In this document: positions 8,580-15,385 of the stretch, in pieces
Layout of the letters: each line of letters opens with the position of its first letter
How positions within the stretch are numbered: the stretch's first letter is position 1
NCBI GenBank assembly: GCA_023898645.1
Contig: CP060232.1
Location: forward strand, 270,001-302,000
Length of the DNA stretch: 32,000 bases
Source of the DNA: Candidatus Saccharimonadota bacterium
GTDB lineage: Bacteria; Patescibacteriota; Saccharimonadia; Saccharimonadales; Saccharimonadaceae
Direction: 5' to 3'
Notes under the pieces: generated by a model
Told to the model about the DNA's origin: nothing
The model's input: the letters and a program-made list of their open reading frames with translations, nothing else
Databases searched by the model: none
Translations under genes and position numbers: made by a program

Positions 8580-8653
8580 TACCCCGAGCAGGATTTGAAC
8601 CTGCGACCTTAGGCTTAGAAGTCCTCTGCTCTATCCAGCTGAGCTATCGGGGC
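8577..8653 (-). tRNA. tRNA-Arg (anticodon TCT), CCA encoded
   Basis: Reverse complement: GCCCCGATAGCTCAGCTGGATAGAGCAGAGGACTTCTAAGCCTAAGGTCGCAGGTTCAAATCCTGCTCGGGGTACCA. Good acceptor, D and T arms and loop CTTCTAA. The anticodon stem has only 3 Watson-Crick pairs (see findings). Confidence 0.75.
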
Positions 8654-8711
8654 GTAATTTTGATTTGAATATTCGGGTAACAACAAGAGTTACAAGAGTG
8701 ATTATACTTTA

Positions 8712-9200
8712 TTAATTACCAGATTGACCAATCGGTATTTCACGGATTTCGCAAAAACTCATAATGAACGGGTCGTCTGCGTCTTGATATATGTCGAGAA
8801 TTTTAAATATACACGCAGCTCTGAGGCCGTGTGTATGCCATATTTTTTCTTGTGGCGGATTATTAAGCAGGGCTTCTGTTTGTTGCAGACTTTCTAGGGG
8901 TAGCCGATGTGAGTACTTGGCCGCCATCTTTTCTGCTGGAGTTAGGTCGAGCTCGTTAAGCAGTCGGTAAGGTTTTAATATGTGAAACCCGGCAGCTAGT
9001 GCAGTTTGCTGACTGCGCTTCATGTACGAAACTGCGACGGGAGTTTCAGGACGGTCAAATCCTAGATGCTCAAATTTTTCACCCATAGAAACGGCCTGAT
9101 CAACACCTGCTTTTAAAAGATCTGCGTTGGGAGTGCCAAATGCCGGATCGTTGTGATCGTTTGCTCTGGACACCCCGTGTCGTGCTATGTAGAGAGGCAT
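8712..9200 (-). CDS. Histidine phosphatase family protein (phosphoglycerate-mutase-like)
   Basis: 162 aa. N-terminal catalytic RHG motif (YIARHGVSRAN). Follows the upstream gene with a 3-nt gap. Confidence 0.7.
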   Translation of the reverse strand: MPLYIARHGVSRANDHNDPAFGTPNADLLKAGVDQAVSMGEKFEHLGFDRPETPVAVSYMKRSQQTALAAGFHILKPYRLLNELDLTPAEKMAAKYSHRLPLESLQQTEALLNNPPQEKIWHTHGLRAACIFKILDIYQDADDPFIMSFCEIREIPIGQSGN

Positions 9201-9203
9201 GCG

Positions 9204-9587
9204 TTATCGCTTTTTTGAAGATTTGCCAATCGAGCCTAGATGTGTGTGATGAAATCCGTTTGCATGTTTGAGACCGAAGCCCAGCGCGCGATCAACGAAA
9301 ACGTGAAATAGCCATAGCGTAGCGATAAATAGTGCGATTTCGTTGCTCGTGAGGATGTAGCTTGTGATGAGCACACCCGGGCCAGCAAGACTATGACCAA
9401 TGTTATAGGTGATTGCTCCGACTCCGTTATTAATCAGGTAGCCGACCATGGAGACGTCAAATAGTAAAAACCCGACGAGTAGCCACCACCAGTCGAACCG
9501 GCCTATTACAACGAAAAATAATGCTGTAAGCACGGCAGCAAAAAGGTACTCGAAACTGATGATTGCTTTCATGGTTTTGGAATGCAT
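9204..9587 (-). CDS. DUF4260-like small integral membrane protein
   Basis: 127 aa with 3-4 hydrophobic helices. The C-terminal HVFVDRALGFGLKHANGFHHTHLG matches my recollection of the DUF4260 signature. TGCTATAAT (9595-9603, reverse) lies 7 nt upstream of the ATG. Confidence 0.6.
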   Translation of the reverse strand: MHSKTMKAIISFEYLFAAVLTALFFVVIGRFDWWWLLVGFLLFDVSMVGYLINNGVGAITYNIGHSLAGPGVLITSYILTSNEIALFIATLWLFHVFVDRALGFGLKHANGFHHTHLGSIGKSSKKR

Positions 9588-9676
9588 AAGAAGTATTATA
9601 GCAGATGGCGGCGAGACGATTAGAGGTTGGGGCGGCGAGACAGCGCTCTATCCGCTTGATAGCGTATTTCACTTCT

Positions 9677-9732
9677 CCGTTCATTCGTTCAGAAAAATAC
9701 TTCGTGCTTTTCTTCACTTCATTCACTGCGCC
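9677..9732 (-). repeat. tRNA-terminator-associated conserved element, copy B (core)
   Basis: Reverse strand reads GGCGCAGTGAATGAAGTGAAGAAAAGCACGAAGTATTTTTCTGAACGAATGAACGG. An adjacent hairpin at 9732-9764 is CGAACTC-CTTTTGC-ttt-GCAAAAG-cc-GAGTTCG. Confidence 0.8.
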
Positions 9733-9780
9733 GAACTCCTTTTGCTTTGCAAAAGCCGAGTTCGATCTCGTCCGGCCAAA

Positions 9781-9823
9781 CCAAAGAAAAAATCCATGAA
9801 TTGATCATGGATTTTTTCTTTGG
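9781..9823. terminator. Hairpin terminator downstream of tRNA-Gly; stem includes the tRNA CCA
   Basis: CCAAAGAAAAAATCCATGA (9781-9799) pairs perfectly with TCATGGATTTTTTCTTTGG (9805-9823). That is a 19-bp stem with a 5-nt loop. A/T runs on both sides suggest bidirectional function. Confidence 0.8.
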
Positions 9824-9895
9824 TGCGGGCGGCGAGAATCGAACTCGCATCGTTTGCTTGGAAGGCAGACATATTAGCCATTATACGACGCCCGC
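9821..9895 (-). tRNA. tRNA-Gly (anticodon TCC), CCA encoded
   Basis: Reverse complement: GCGGGCGTCGTATAATGGCTAATATGTCTGCCTTCCAAGCAAACGATGCGAGTTCGATTCTCGCCGCCCGCACCA. Cloverleaf is good and the anticodon loop is CTTCCAA. Confidence 0.85.
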
Positions 9896-9951
9896 AGGAC
9901 TCATATGATTATAGCAAAATTTGCTATACTACTAAGCATAACGATAATTAT

Positions 9952-10338
9952 ATGGCAGATTTAAACCAATTTCTCAACAAAGACCTGACGGCAGGTGACG
10001 TCATGCACAGTAGTGGCATGGGCTCTGTAGCGGGTGGTGGCGGTGCTGGCGGTTTGTCTATGGATCAACGTCGTAAACTATTAAACCAGCCACGGGTTGT
10101 CAGCGCATATCATTATTCCAGACTCGGCCGCCAAGGTTCGGCCTCCAAAGCCCGCACTGCCGATCAAGAAGGCACCAGGGTGTATGATGCCAGCGCTGAT
10201 ACCTTTAATGACAAGGCTTCGTACAGTAATCGTCAGCAGGGAAGTATCAAAAATAAACGCCAAATCGACACTAAATCAGTCGAGCGTCGTCAGCATTATA
10301 TGGAACCAACACCGCGCAACTACGACAAATTTTCATAG
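9952..10338 (+). CDS. Hypothetical low-complexity (Gly/Ser/Gln/Arg-rich) protein
   Basis: Track ORF 9820..10338 trimmed to ATG 9952 (MADLNQFLNK...), because its 5' part overlaps tRNA-Gly on the other strand. TGCTATACT at 9922-9930. A terminator-like hairpin CCGCAA-tcg-TTGCGG followed by a T-run lies at about 10374-10397. No family recognised. Confidence 0.5.
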   Translation: MADLNQFLNKDLTAGDVMHSSGMGSVAGGGGAGGLSMDQRRKLLNQPRVVSAYHYSRLGRQGSASKARTADQEGTRVYDASADTFNDKASYSNRQQGSIKNKRQIDTKSVERRQHYMEPTPRNYDKFS

Positions 10339-10477
10339 CATCTGTGTAATCACGCATTTATGTAAACAATCTCACCGCAATCGTTGCGGATGTTTTGCAT
10401 AATAATGATTGAAAAGTGTGCTCGGTGCGCACGGGCATACCAAACATAAGAGCATAAGTTTAAGGAGGGTAAAAACT

Positions 10478-10849
10478 ATGGGCTATTATTATGGTCACTT
10501 TAATAACTACAACCACTATCCACACTACGGTGGCTACAACAACTACAGGTATTACGGAAACTACAATCGCTACGCTTGGGGCAACCCTTATACGGCGTAT
10601 TCGTATGCGAATCGGTGGTACCCAGGCTGGAATGCTTACAACTACGGTTTCTACAATAACTGCTACTACGTCTATATGAGGAGTGGCTACAATTACCGTA
10701 CGGTTGTGATTGGACCAAACTACGGCCTACGCAACTACTACAACGGTTATTACGCAACACCATATAACTACGGCTATGGTAATGGGTACTATGGAAACGC
10801 CAGTTACAACGCCAACTACAATCTTAACGCCAATTATAACTACAATTAG
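10478..10849 (+). CDS. Tyr/Asn/Gly-rich small protein (paralogue 1), unknown function
   Basis: Track ORF 10409..10849 trimmed to ATG 10478, which is preceded by AAGGAGGG (10462-10469). 123 aa with 38 Tyr by hand count. The core NRWYPGW...YRTV...NYG is shared with 11009..11530 and differs only by synonymous changes. Its own terminator is at 10943-10978. Confidence 0.75.
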   Translation: MGYYYGHFNNYNHYPHYGGYNNYRYYGNYNRYAWGNPYTAYSYANRWYPGWNAYNYGFYNNCYYVYMRSGYNYRTVVIGPNYGLRNYYNGYYATPYNYGYGNGYYGNASYNANYNLNANYNYN

Positions 10850-10942
10850 TGAGTAGGCTATAGCATATTCTAGCTAGCGACATTAGAAGTTGCACCAAGT
10901 AGTCTAGATGGCAGATAAATACGAGAGTTTTAAACAAAATAT

Positions 10943-10978
10943 ACAAGTAAAACCCTGCGTTCGTGGGGTTTTACTTGT
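10943..10978 (+). terminator. Rho-independent-type terminator after the Tyr-rich gene
   Basis: ACAAGTAAAACCC (10943-10955) pairs with GGGTTTTACTTGT (10966-10978), a 13-bp stem. Confidence 0.7.
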
Positions 10979-11008
10979 CAGGAAGCTATATATAGCCAGG
11001 AGGGCATC

Positions 11009-11530
11009 ATGATCGATCATAATCAGTTAAATTCATATCCACAGTATTCGCATAACAACTATGCGCAATATGCACAGGCGCCAAATCACGGCAACAATCC
11101 GAACGGAAATCACAACAACGGTCAGAATTGGAACCAGGGACATAACCAAAACGGCAACCACAACAACGGTCAGAATTGGAACCAGGGACATAACCAAAAC
11201 GGCAACCACAACAATGGCCAGAATTGGAACCGCGGACACAATCAAAACAGGAACCATGGATATTGGCCGGGGTGGCATGGGCCACACGGCTGGCGTAACC
11301 CGGGTGGCTATCATGGCGGTGGTTACTATCATGGCGGTTGGCAGACTGGCAACAATACCGTTGTGGTTTGGGTTAATCGTTGGTATCCGGGCTGGCAGGT
11401 CTACAGATGGCGCTGGGACGGTTACAACAACCGCTGGGTAGTCTGGATCAGGAACGGACCGGTATATAGGACTGTGTATGTCGGTAACAATTACGGTTGG
11501 CATAACTATCGTAGTGGGTATGTCTGGTAA
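11009..11530 (+). CDS. His/Asn/Gly/Trp-rich small protein with tandem repeats (paralogue 2), unknown function
   Basis: 173 aa. AGGAGGG (10998-11004) lies 4 nt before the ATG. Three 16-aa repeats NGNHNNGQNWNQGHNQ. The C-terminal aromatic domain VNRWYPGWQVYRWRWDGYNNRWVVWIRNGPVYRTVYVGNNYGWHNYRSGY is homologous to paralogue 1. Confidence 0.75.
   Translation: MIDHNQLNSYPQYSHNNYAQYAQAPNHGNNPNGNHNNGQNWNQGHNQNGNHNNGQNWNQGHNQNGNHNNGQNWNRGHNQNRNHGYWPGWHGPHGWRNPGGYHGGGYYHGGWQTGNNTVVVWVNRWYPGWQVYRWRWDGYNNRWVVWIRNGPVYRTVYVGNNYGWHNYRSGYVW
11102..11245 (+). repeat. 3 x 48-nt in-frame tandem repeat inside CDS 11009..11530
   Basis: The units are 11102-11149, 11150-11197 and 11198-11245. Units 1 and 2 differ at 2 nt and unit 3 is more diverged. 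Confidence 0.9.
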
Positions 11531-11544
11531 TTACTCTCTGCAGT

Positions 11545-11583
11545 AAAAAGAATAGAACCGGCACAAGACCGGTTCTATTTTTT
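11545..11583. terminator. Bidirectional hairpin terminator shared by CDS 11009..11530 (+) and tRNA-His (-)
   Basis: AAAAAGAATAGAACCGG-cacaaga-CCGGTTCTATTTTTT. It has A-run and T-run flanks and abuts the tRNA-His CCA. Confidence 0.75.
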
Positions 11584-11661
11584 TGGGGCGAATGATGGGG
11601 ATCGAACCCACTACCTTCGGAACCACAACCCGACGCTCTAACCAAATGAGCTACATTCGCC
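11584..11661 (-). tRNA. tRNA-His (anticodon GTG) with encoded G-1 and CCA
   Basis: Reverse complement: G-GCGAATGTAGCTCATTTGGTTAGAGCGTCGGGTTGTGGTTCCGAAGGTAGTGGGTTCGATCCCCATCATTCGCCCCA. The anticodon loop is TTGTGGT. The extra 5' G opposite discriminator C73 is the tRNA-His hallmark. Confidence 0.85.
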
Positions 11662-11726
11662 GCATTAACGTGCATAGTCACCCGTAGGGTGAACGTAACA
11701 ACTATACCACAAATAACAGAGATAAT

Positions 11727-13256
11727 CTATATCTCGCGGATGGTTTCTATGTGCGCACCAAGACTGTTGAGCCGGTTGGCAAAATCCTCATATCCACGGT
11801 TGATCGAGTAAACGTCGCGTAATATAGAATCTCCAGGAGCCGCTAGCATGGCTAGCAATACAACGACAGACGGTCGTAATGCTGGAGGTGCCGTGACATC
11901 CGCAGGCTTCCATTTGGTAGGTCCGGTTACATACACGCGGTGCGGGTCGAGAAGTTCCACGGAGGCATTGAGCTTTGTCAGTTCGGTAAAGTAAATTGCG
12001 CGATTTTCGTAAGACCAGTCGTGAATCATCGTACGGCCATTCGCGGTTGTGGCAATAAGGCCCATGAAGGGCAGGTTGTCCATATTGATACCCGGAAAGG
12101 GCAGGGCGTGCAACTTGTCCTTGGCGGCTTTCAGTTTAGAGTGTTTCAAGTGAATGTCTACTAAGCGGGTGTGGCTGTTTTTTGCTAGGTACTCATCACT
12201 CAGCTCGTACTGCAGCCCCATTTCAGCTAGTGTTGCCAGTTCAATTTCCAGGAATTCAATCGGTGAACGCTCTATGGTGATTTCACTTCCAGTAACTACA
12301 CCGGCGGCGATGAAGCTCATAGCTTCAATAGGGTCTTCGCTTGGGTAATATTCGACATCTTTGTTTATGTATGATACGCCGGTGATGTGGAGCGTTGTCG
12401 TGCCGATGCCTTCAATTTTGACGCCAAGTTTTTTCAGAAATACGCACAGGTCCTGAACTGCATAGTTAGCGCTGGCGTTTCTAATTGTCACGGTACCTTC
12501 GTGAAGCGATGCTGCCATGATGACGTTTTCGGTCACGGTGTCACCGCGTTCTGTGAGAACGATTGTGTGATCAACTTTTTTCGGCGAAGACGTTGCGCTG
12601 TAGTAATTAGTGGTCGCTTCTACCTCTAGACCGAAAGGACGCAAGCCAGTCATGTGCGGCTCTACCGTACGAGTGCCTAAGTTGCAGCCACCGGCAAAGG
12701 GTAGGTGAAAGTTGCGGTATTGGTGCAGAAGTGGGCCCAGGAACATGATAATCGTTCGTGTGCGTTTTGCAGCAGCGACGTCCATGTCTTCAAGCTTTAG
12801 TTTCTTAGGCGGGATGATTTCTAGGTCGCCGTCATCGTTGAGCCAGCGGACTTTGACGCCGATACTTTGTAGCACTTCGACGATGCGGTTTACTTCTTCT
12901 ATTTTGGCAACGTGGCGTAGTACTGTTTTGCCATGGTTAAGGAGGCTGGCGCAAAGCAGAGCAACTGCGGCGTTTTTGCTAGTCTTAACCGTGATGTTCC
13001 CCGACAGCTTAGAGCCGCCATGCACGCGAAAGTTAATCTTGCCCGTTTGATTGAGTGTCATGATATCGTGAGACAACACATCGCTGATGCGGGCAATCAT
13101 CTCAAGACTAATGTTTTGGCCGCCTTTTTCGATACGGTTAATTGCGCTCTGGCTAGTACCAAGCGCCTCTGCTAATTGTGCTTGTGTAAAGCCACGATTC
13201 TGTCGACTTTCTTGAATGAGATTGCCGATTTTAAGTTTGTAATCTTGAGGGGTCAT
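11727..13256 (-). CDS. murA: XRE-type HTH domain fused to UDP-N-acetylglucosamine 1-carboxyvinyltransferase (MurA)
   Basis: 509 aa. Residues 10-62 form an HTH (RGFTQAQLAEALGTSQSAINRIEKGGQNISLEMIARISDVL). From about residue 73 the sequence is MurA-like (INFRVHGGSKLSGNITVKTSKNAAVALLCASLL; LPFAGGCNLGTRTVEPHMTGL). The catalytic Cys is at residue 191, which is E. coli Cys115 plus about 76. Confidence 0.85.
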   Translation of the reverse strand: MTPQDYKLKIGNLIQESRQNRGFTQAQLAEALGTSQSAINRIEKGGQNISLEMIARISDVLSHDIMTLNQTGKINFRVHGGSKLSGNITVKTSKNAAVALLCASLLNHGKTVLRHVAKIEEVNRIVEVLQSIGVKVRWLNDDGDLEIIPPKKLKLEDMDVAAAKRTRTIIMFLGPLLHQYRNFHLPFAGGCNLGTRTVEPHMTGLRPFGLEVEATTNYYSATSSPKKVDHTIVLTERGDTVTENVIMAASLHEGTVTIRNASANYAVQDLCVFLKKLGVKIEGIGTTTLHITGVSYINKDVEYYPSEDPIEAMSFIAAGVVTGSEITIERSPIEFLEIELATLAEMGLQYELSDEYLAKNSHTRLVDIHLKHSKLKAAKDKLHALPFPGINMDNLPFMGLIATTANGRTMIHDWSYENRAIYFTELTKLNASVELLDPHRVYVTGPTKWKPADVTAPPALRPSVVVLLAMLAAPGDSILRDVYSINRGYEDFANRLNSLGAHIETIREI

Positions 13257-13464
13257 TGCTTAGATTTTATATCATTTATGATATATATACAATATGAATG
13301 GGTCGGACGGCGTATCGCGTTGTTGTCAGCTGTAGTACTCATTCACCGTACCTAATTGTACGGCTCATTCCGTGCTTCGCTGTCGCCTAGCGCTACATCC
13401 GTCGGCCACATTCATGGTTCAAATAAGCGGATTCTGAAGGGCGATGGTATAATAATCATCAGTT

Positions 13465-14742
13465 ATGAATGATACACAGGTTGCTGATTTGATTGCAGGA
13501 GAAGAGCGTCGCGAACGAGACGGACTCGAGCTTATTCCTAGTGAGAACTATGTATCTGCTGACGTGCTGAAGGCGCTTGGTAGTGTGTTTACGAACAAAT
13601 ATTCCGAAGGCTACCCAGGTAAGCGGTATTACGGGGGTCAGGAATTTACTGATCAAATTGAACAATTGGCGATTGACCGTGCAAAACAGCTTTTTGGTTC
13701 CGATCACGCAAATGTACAGCCGCATTCCGGTGCTCAGGCGAACGAAGCGGTTTATCATGCCTGGTGCGAACCAGGCGACACGATTTTGGCCATGGATCTT
13801 AGTCATGGCGGTCATCTGACACACGGCGCACCTGTGACGGTATTGGCTCGTAGCTTCAACTTTGTCCGCTATAAGATGAAAGACCCGTCAACCGGTGAAA
13901 TCGACTACGACGAACTACGTCGTCTTGCGCTGGAGCACAAACCGAAGATTATACTGGCCGGCTTTAGCGCGTATCCACGTGAACTAGACTATGCTAAATT
14001 TGCCGAAATCGGTAATGAGATTGGCGCGTTGCTCGTAGCGGATATGGCACATATTGCCGGGCTTATTGCCGGCGGCGTAGCAAAGAATCCGTTTGACTAT
14101 GGTTTCCATGTCGTTACGACTACTACGCACAAAACATTACGTGGTCCGCGTGGTGGTTTGATCTTGAGCAAGGGCGTGGTGAGTAATCCTCTGAAGGCCC
14201 CGGAGAAGACAATAGAAAACATCCCCACGCTGATTGACCGTACAGTGTTTCCTGGAGTACAGGGTGGCCCGCATATGCATGCTGTTGCGGCAAAGGCTGT
14301 GGCATTCGGCGAAGCACTCAAGCCAGAGTTTAAGGCGTATGCTGAACAAATCGTCAAAAACGCCGCTGTACTAGCCGACGAGTTGCAAAAACACGGTTTC
14401 CAACTCGTTACCGGCGGCACGAGCAATCACCTTATACTTGCTGACGTGCAGAAATCATTTGGCATCGATGGTAAGGTAGTCGAGCAGGCACTCGACAAGA
14501 TCGGTCTGACGCTCAATGCCAACGCAGTGCCAGACGATACGCTGCCTCCGTTTAGGCCAAGCGGTATACGATTGGGCACGCCAGCCATCACTACTCGTGG
14601 CTTGCGCGAGCAGCATATGGTTCAGCTGGCGGAGTGGATGAAACGGGCGGTTGACGCACATGATGACGACATTACGCTGGCGAATCTTGGCGAAGAAGTC
14701 AAAGAATTTGTACAGACGTTTCCTTTGCCCAGCGATAAGTGA
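13465..14742 (+). CDS. glyA: Serine hydroxymethyltransferase
   Basis: 425 aa. LELIPSENYVS, KYSEGYPGKRYYGG, SHGGHLTHG and the PLP-lysine motif TTTTHKTLRGPRGG. Confidence 0.95.
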   Translation: MNDTQVADLIAGEERRERDGLELIPSENYVSADVLKALGSVFTNKYSEGYPGKRYYGGQEFTDQIEQLAIDRAKQLFGSDHANVQPHSGAQANEAVYHAWCEPGDTILAMDLSHGGHLTHGAPVTVLARSFNFVRYKMKDPSTGEIDYDELRRLALEHKPKIILAGFSAYPRELDYAKFAEIGNEIGALLVADMAHIAGLIAGGVAKNPFDYGFHVVTTTTHKTLRGPRGGLILSKGVVSNPLKAPEKTIENIPTLIDRTVFPGVQGGPHMHAVAAKAVAFGEALKPEFKAYAEQIVKNAAVLADELQKHGFQLVTGGTSNHLILADVQKSFGIDGKVVEQALDKIGLTLNANAVPDDTLPPFRPSGIRLGTPAITTRGLREQHMVQLAEWMKRAVDAHDDDITLANLGEEVKEFVQTFPLPSDK

Positions 14743-14765
14743 TCGTAAAATATGAACAGTATTTA

Positions 14766-14793
14766 ATACGAGCCCCCTTTCGGAGGCTCGTAT
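14766..14793. terminator. Bidirectional hairpin between convergent glyA and the pilin gene
   Basis: ATACGAGCC (14766-14774) pairs with GGCTCGTAT (14785-14793). Confidence 0.7.
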
Positions 14794-14814
14794 CTATTTG
14801 CTAGGTAAGAGGTT

Positions 14815-15300
14815 CTAATTACAACCTGTACCGGCTTTGATGACCTGTACTGAGCTGTCAGATCGCTTCGGGTAGTAGACGTTAAGTCCGGTGCTGTTTG
14901 GTGCCGCAGCTGAACAAACCTTGACGTAGTAGTTTTTGCTGGCTGCTGCAGTATTTGCGCTGGCGTAAGAAGGTGCTGCTCCAGTTGATGCAATGTAAAT
15001 AACGCCAAGACCCTGAGGAATTGATGTTGTTGTGGAGTCAGCGTTAAACGCAGTTTTTAGTGTTGCGTCTGAGTTGCCCCATGGGTAACCAGTTGAGAGG
15101 TCAGCATTGACCGCTTCGGCAACTTTGTCGAGAGATTGTGCGTTTGCAGCGTCGGCGCTGTCGTTTGCTTTGGTGGTGACACCGTTGTAGGCCACAATCA
15201 CGATTGCTGCCAAGATGCCGATGACGACGATGACAATCAAGAGCTCAACGATAGTGAAACCGCCTTGCGCTCGCTTGGTTTTAAGATTTGCTAAATTCAT
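14815..15300 (-). CDS. pilA: Type IV (major-type) pilin
   Basis: 161 aa. Prepilin leader MNLANLKTKRAQGG then FTIVELLIVIVVIGILAAI (cleavage G|F, Glu5). C-terminal Cys pair (VKVCS...GTGCN). AAGGGG SD 11 nt upstream. Confidence 0.85.
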   Translation of the reverse strand: MNLANLKTKRAQGGFTIVELLIVIVVIGILAAIVIVAYNGVTTKANDSADAANAQSLDKVAEAVNADLSTGYPWGNSDATLKTAFNADSTTTSIPQGLGVIYIASTGAAPSYASANTAAASKNYYVKVCSAAAPNSTGLNVYYPKRSDSSVQVIKAGTGCN

Positions 15301-15385
15301 ATTAATTGATGCCCCTTATTAATATATTATGTTCCTATGGTGTATAGTGTACTATAAGCAAAAGCGCTATGCAAGGGTTTTTGCC

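Noticed and set aside
9820-9951. N-terminal extension of track ORF 9820..10338
   Set aside because: It overlaps tRNA-Gly (9821..9895) on the opposite strand and precedes the promoter-like TGCTATACT. The internal ATG 9952 was taken instead.
11102-11245. Possible CRISPR-like or mobile repeat array
   Set aside because: The units are contiguous with no spacers, in frame and inside a CDS. No cas genes, inverted terminal repeats or transposase are present anywhere in the window.
10491-11503. Alternative-frame and antisense ORFs inside the Tyr/Asn- and His/Asn-rich genes (10491..10679+, 10500..10763-, 11007..11285-, 11033..11503-, 11061..11441+)
   Set aside because: Repetitive codon composition keeps several frames open. 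Only the chosen frames have an SD plus ATG and show synonymous-only differences between the two paralogues (NRWYPGW and YRTV blocks). In the +1 frame the same nucleotides give non-conserved peptides (IGGTQAGM versus IVGIRAGR).
8577-11661. tRNA-bounded genomic island or prophage remnant (tRNA-Arg, tRNA-Gly and tRNA-His within 3 kb)
   Set aside because: There is no integrase, recombinase or phage gene and no long direct repeat of a tRNA 3' end. Only the short GGCGGCGAGA repeats were seen, and they are reported separately with low weight.
14097-14426. Long antisense ORFs inside glyA, the RCC1 gene and the 471-aa pilus gene (for example 14097..14426-, 18419..18685-, 25767..26261+)
   Set aside because: They are embedded opposite strongly supported CDSs, have no start signals, and their translations are Ser/Pro/Thr/Cys-rich, as is typical of antisense frames.
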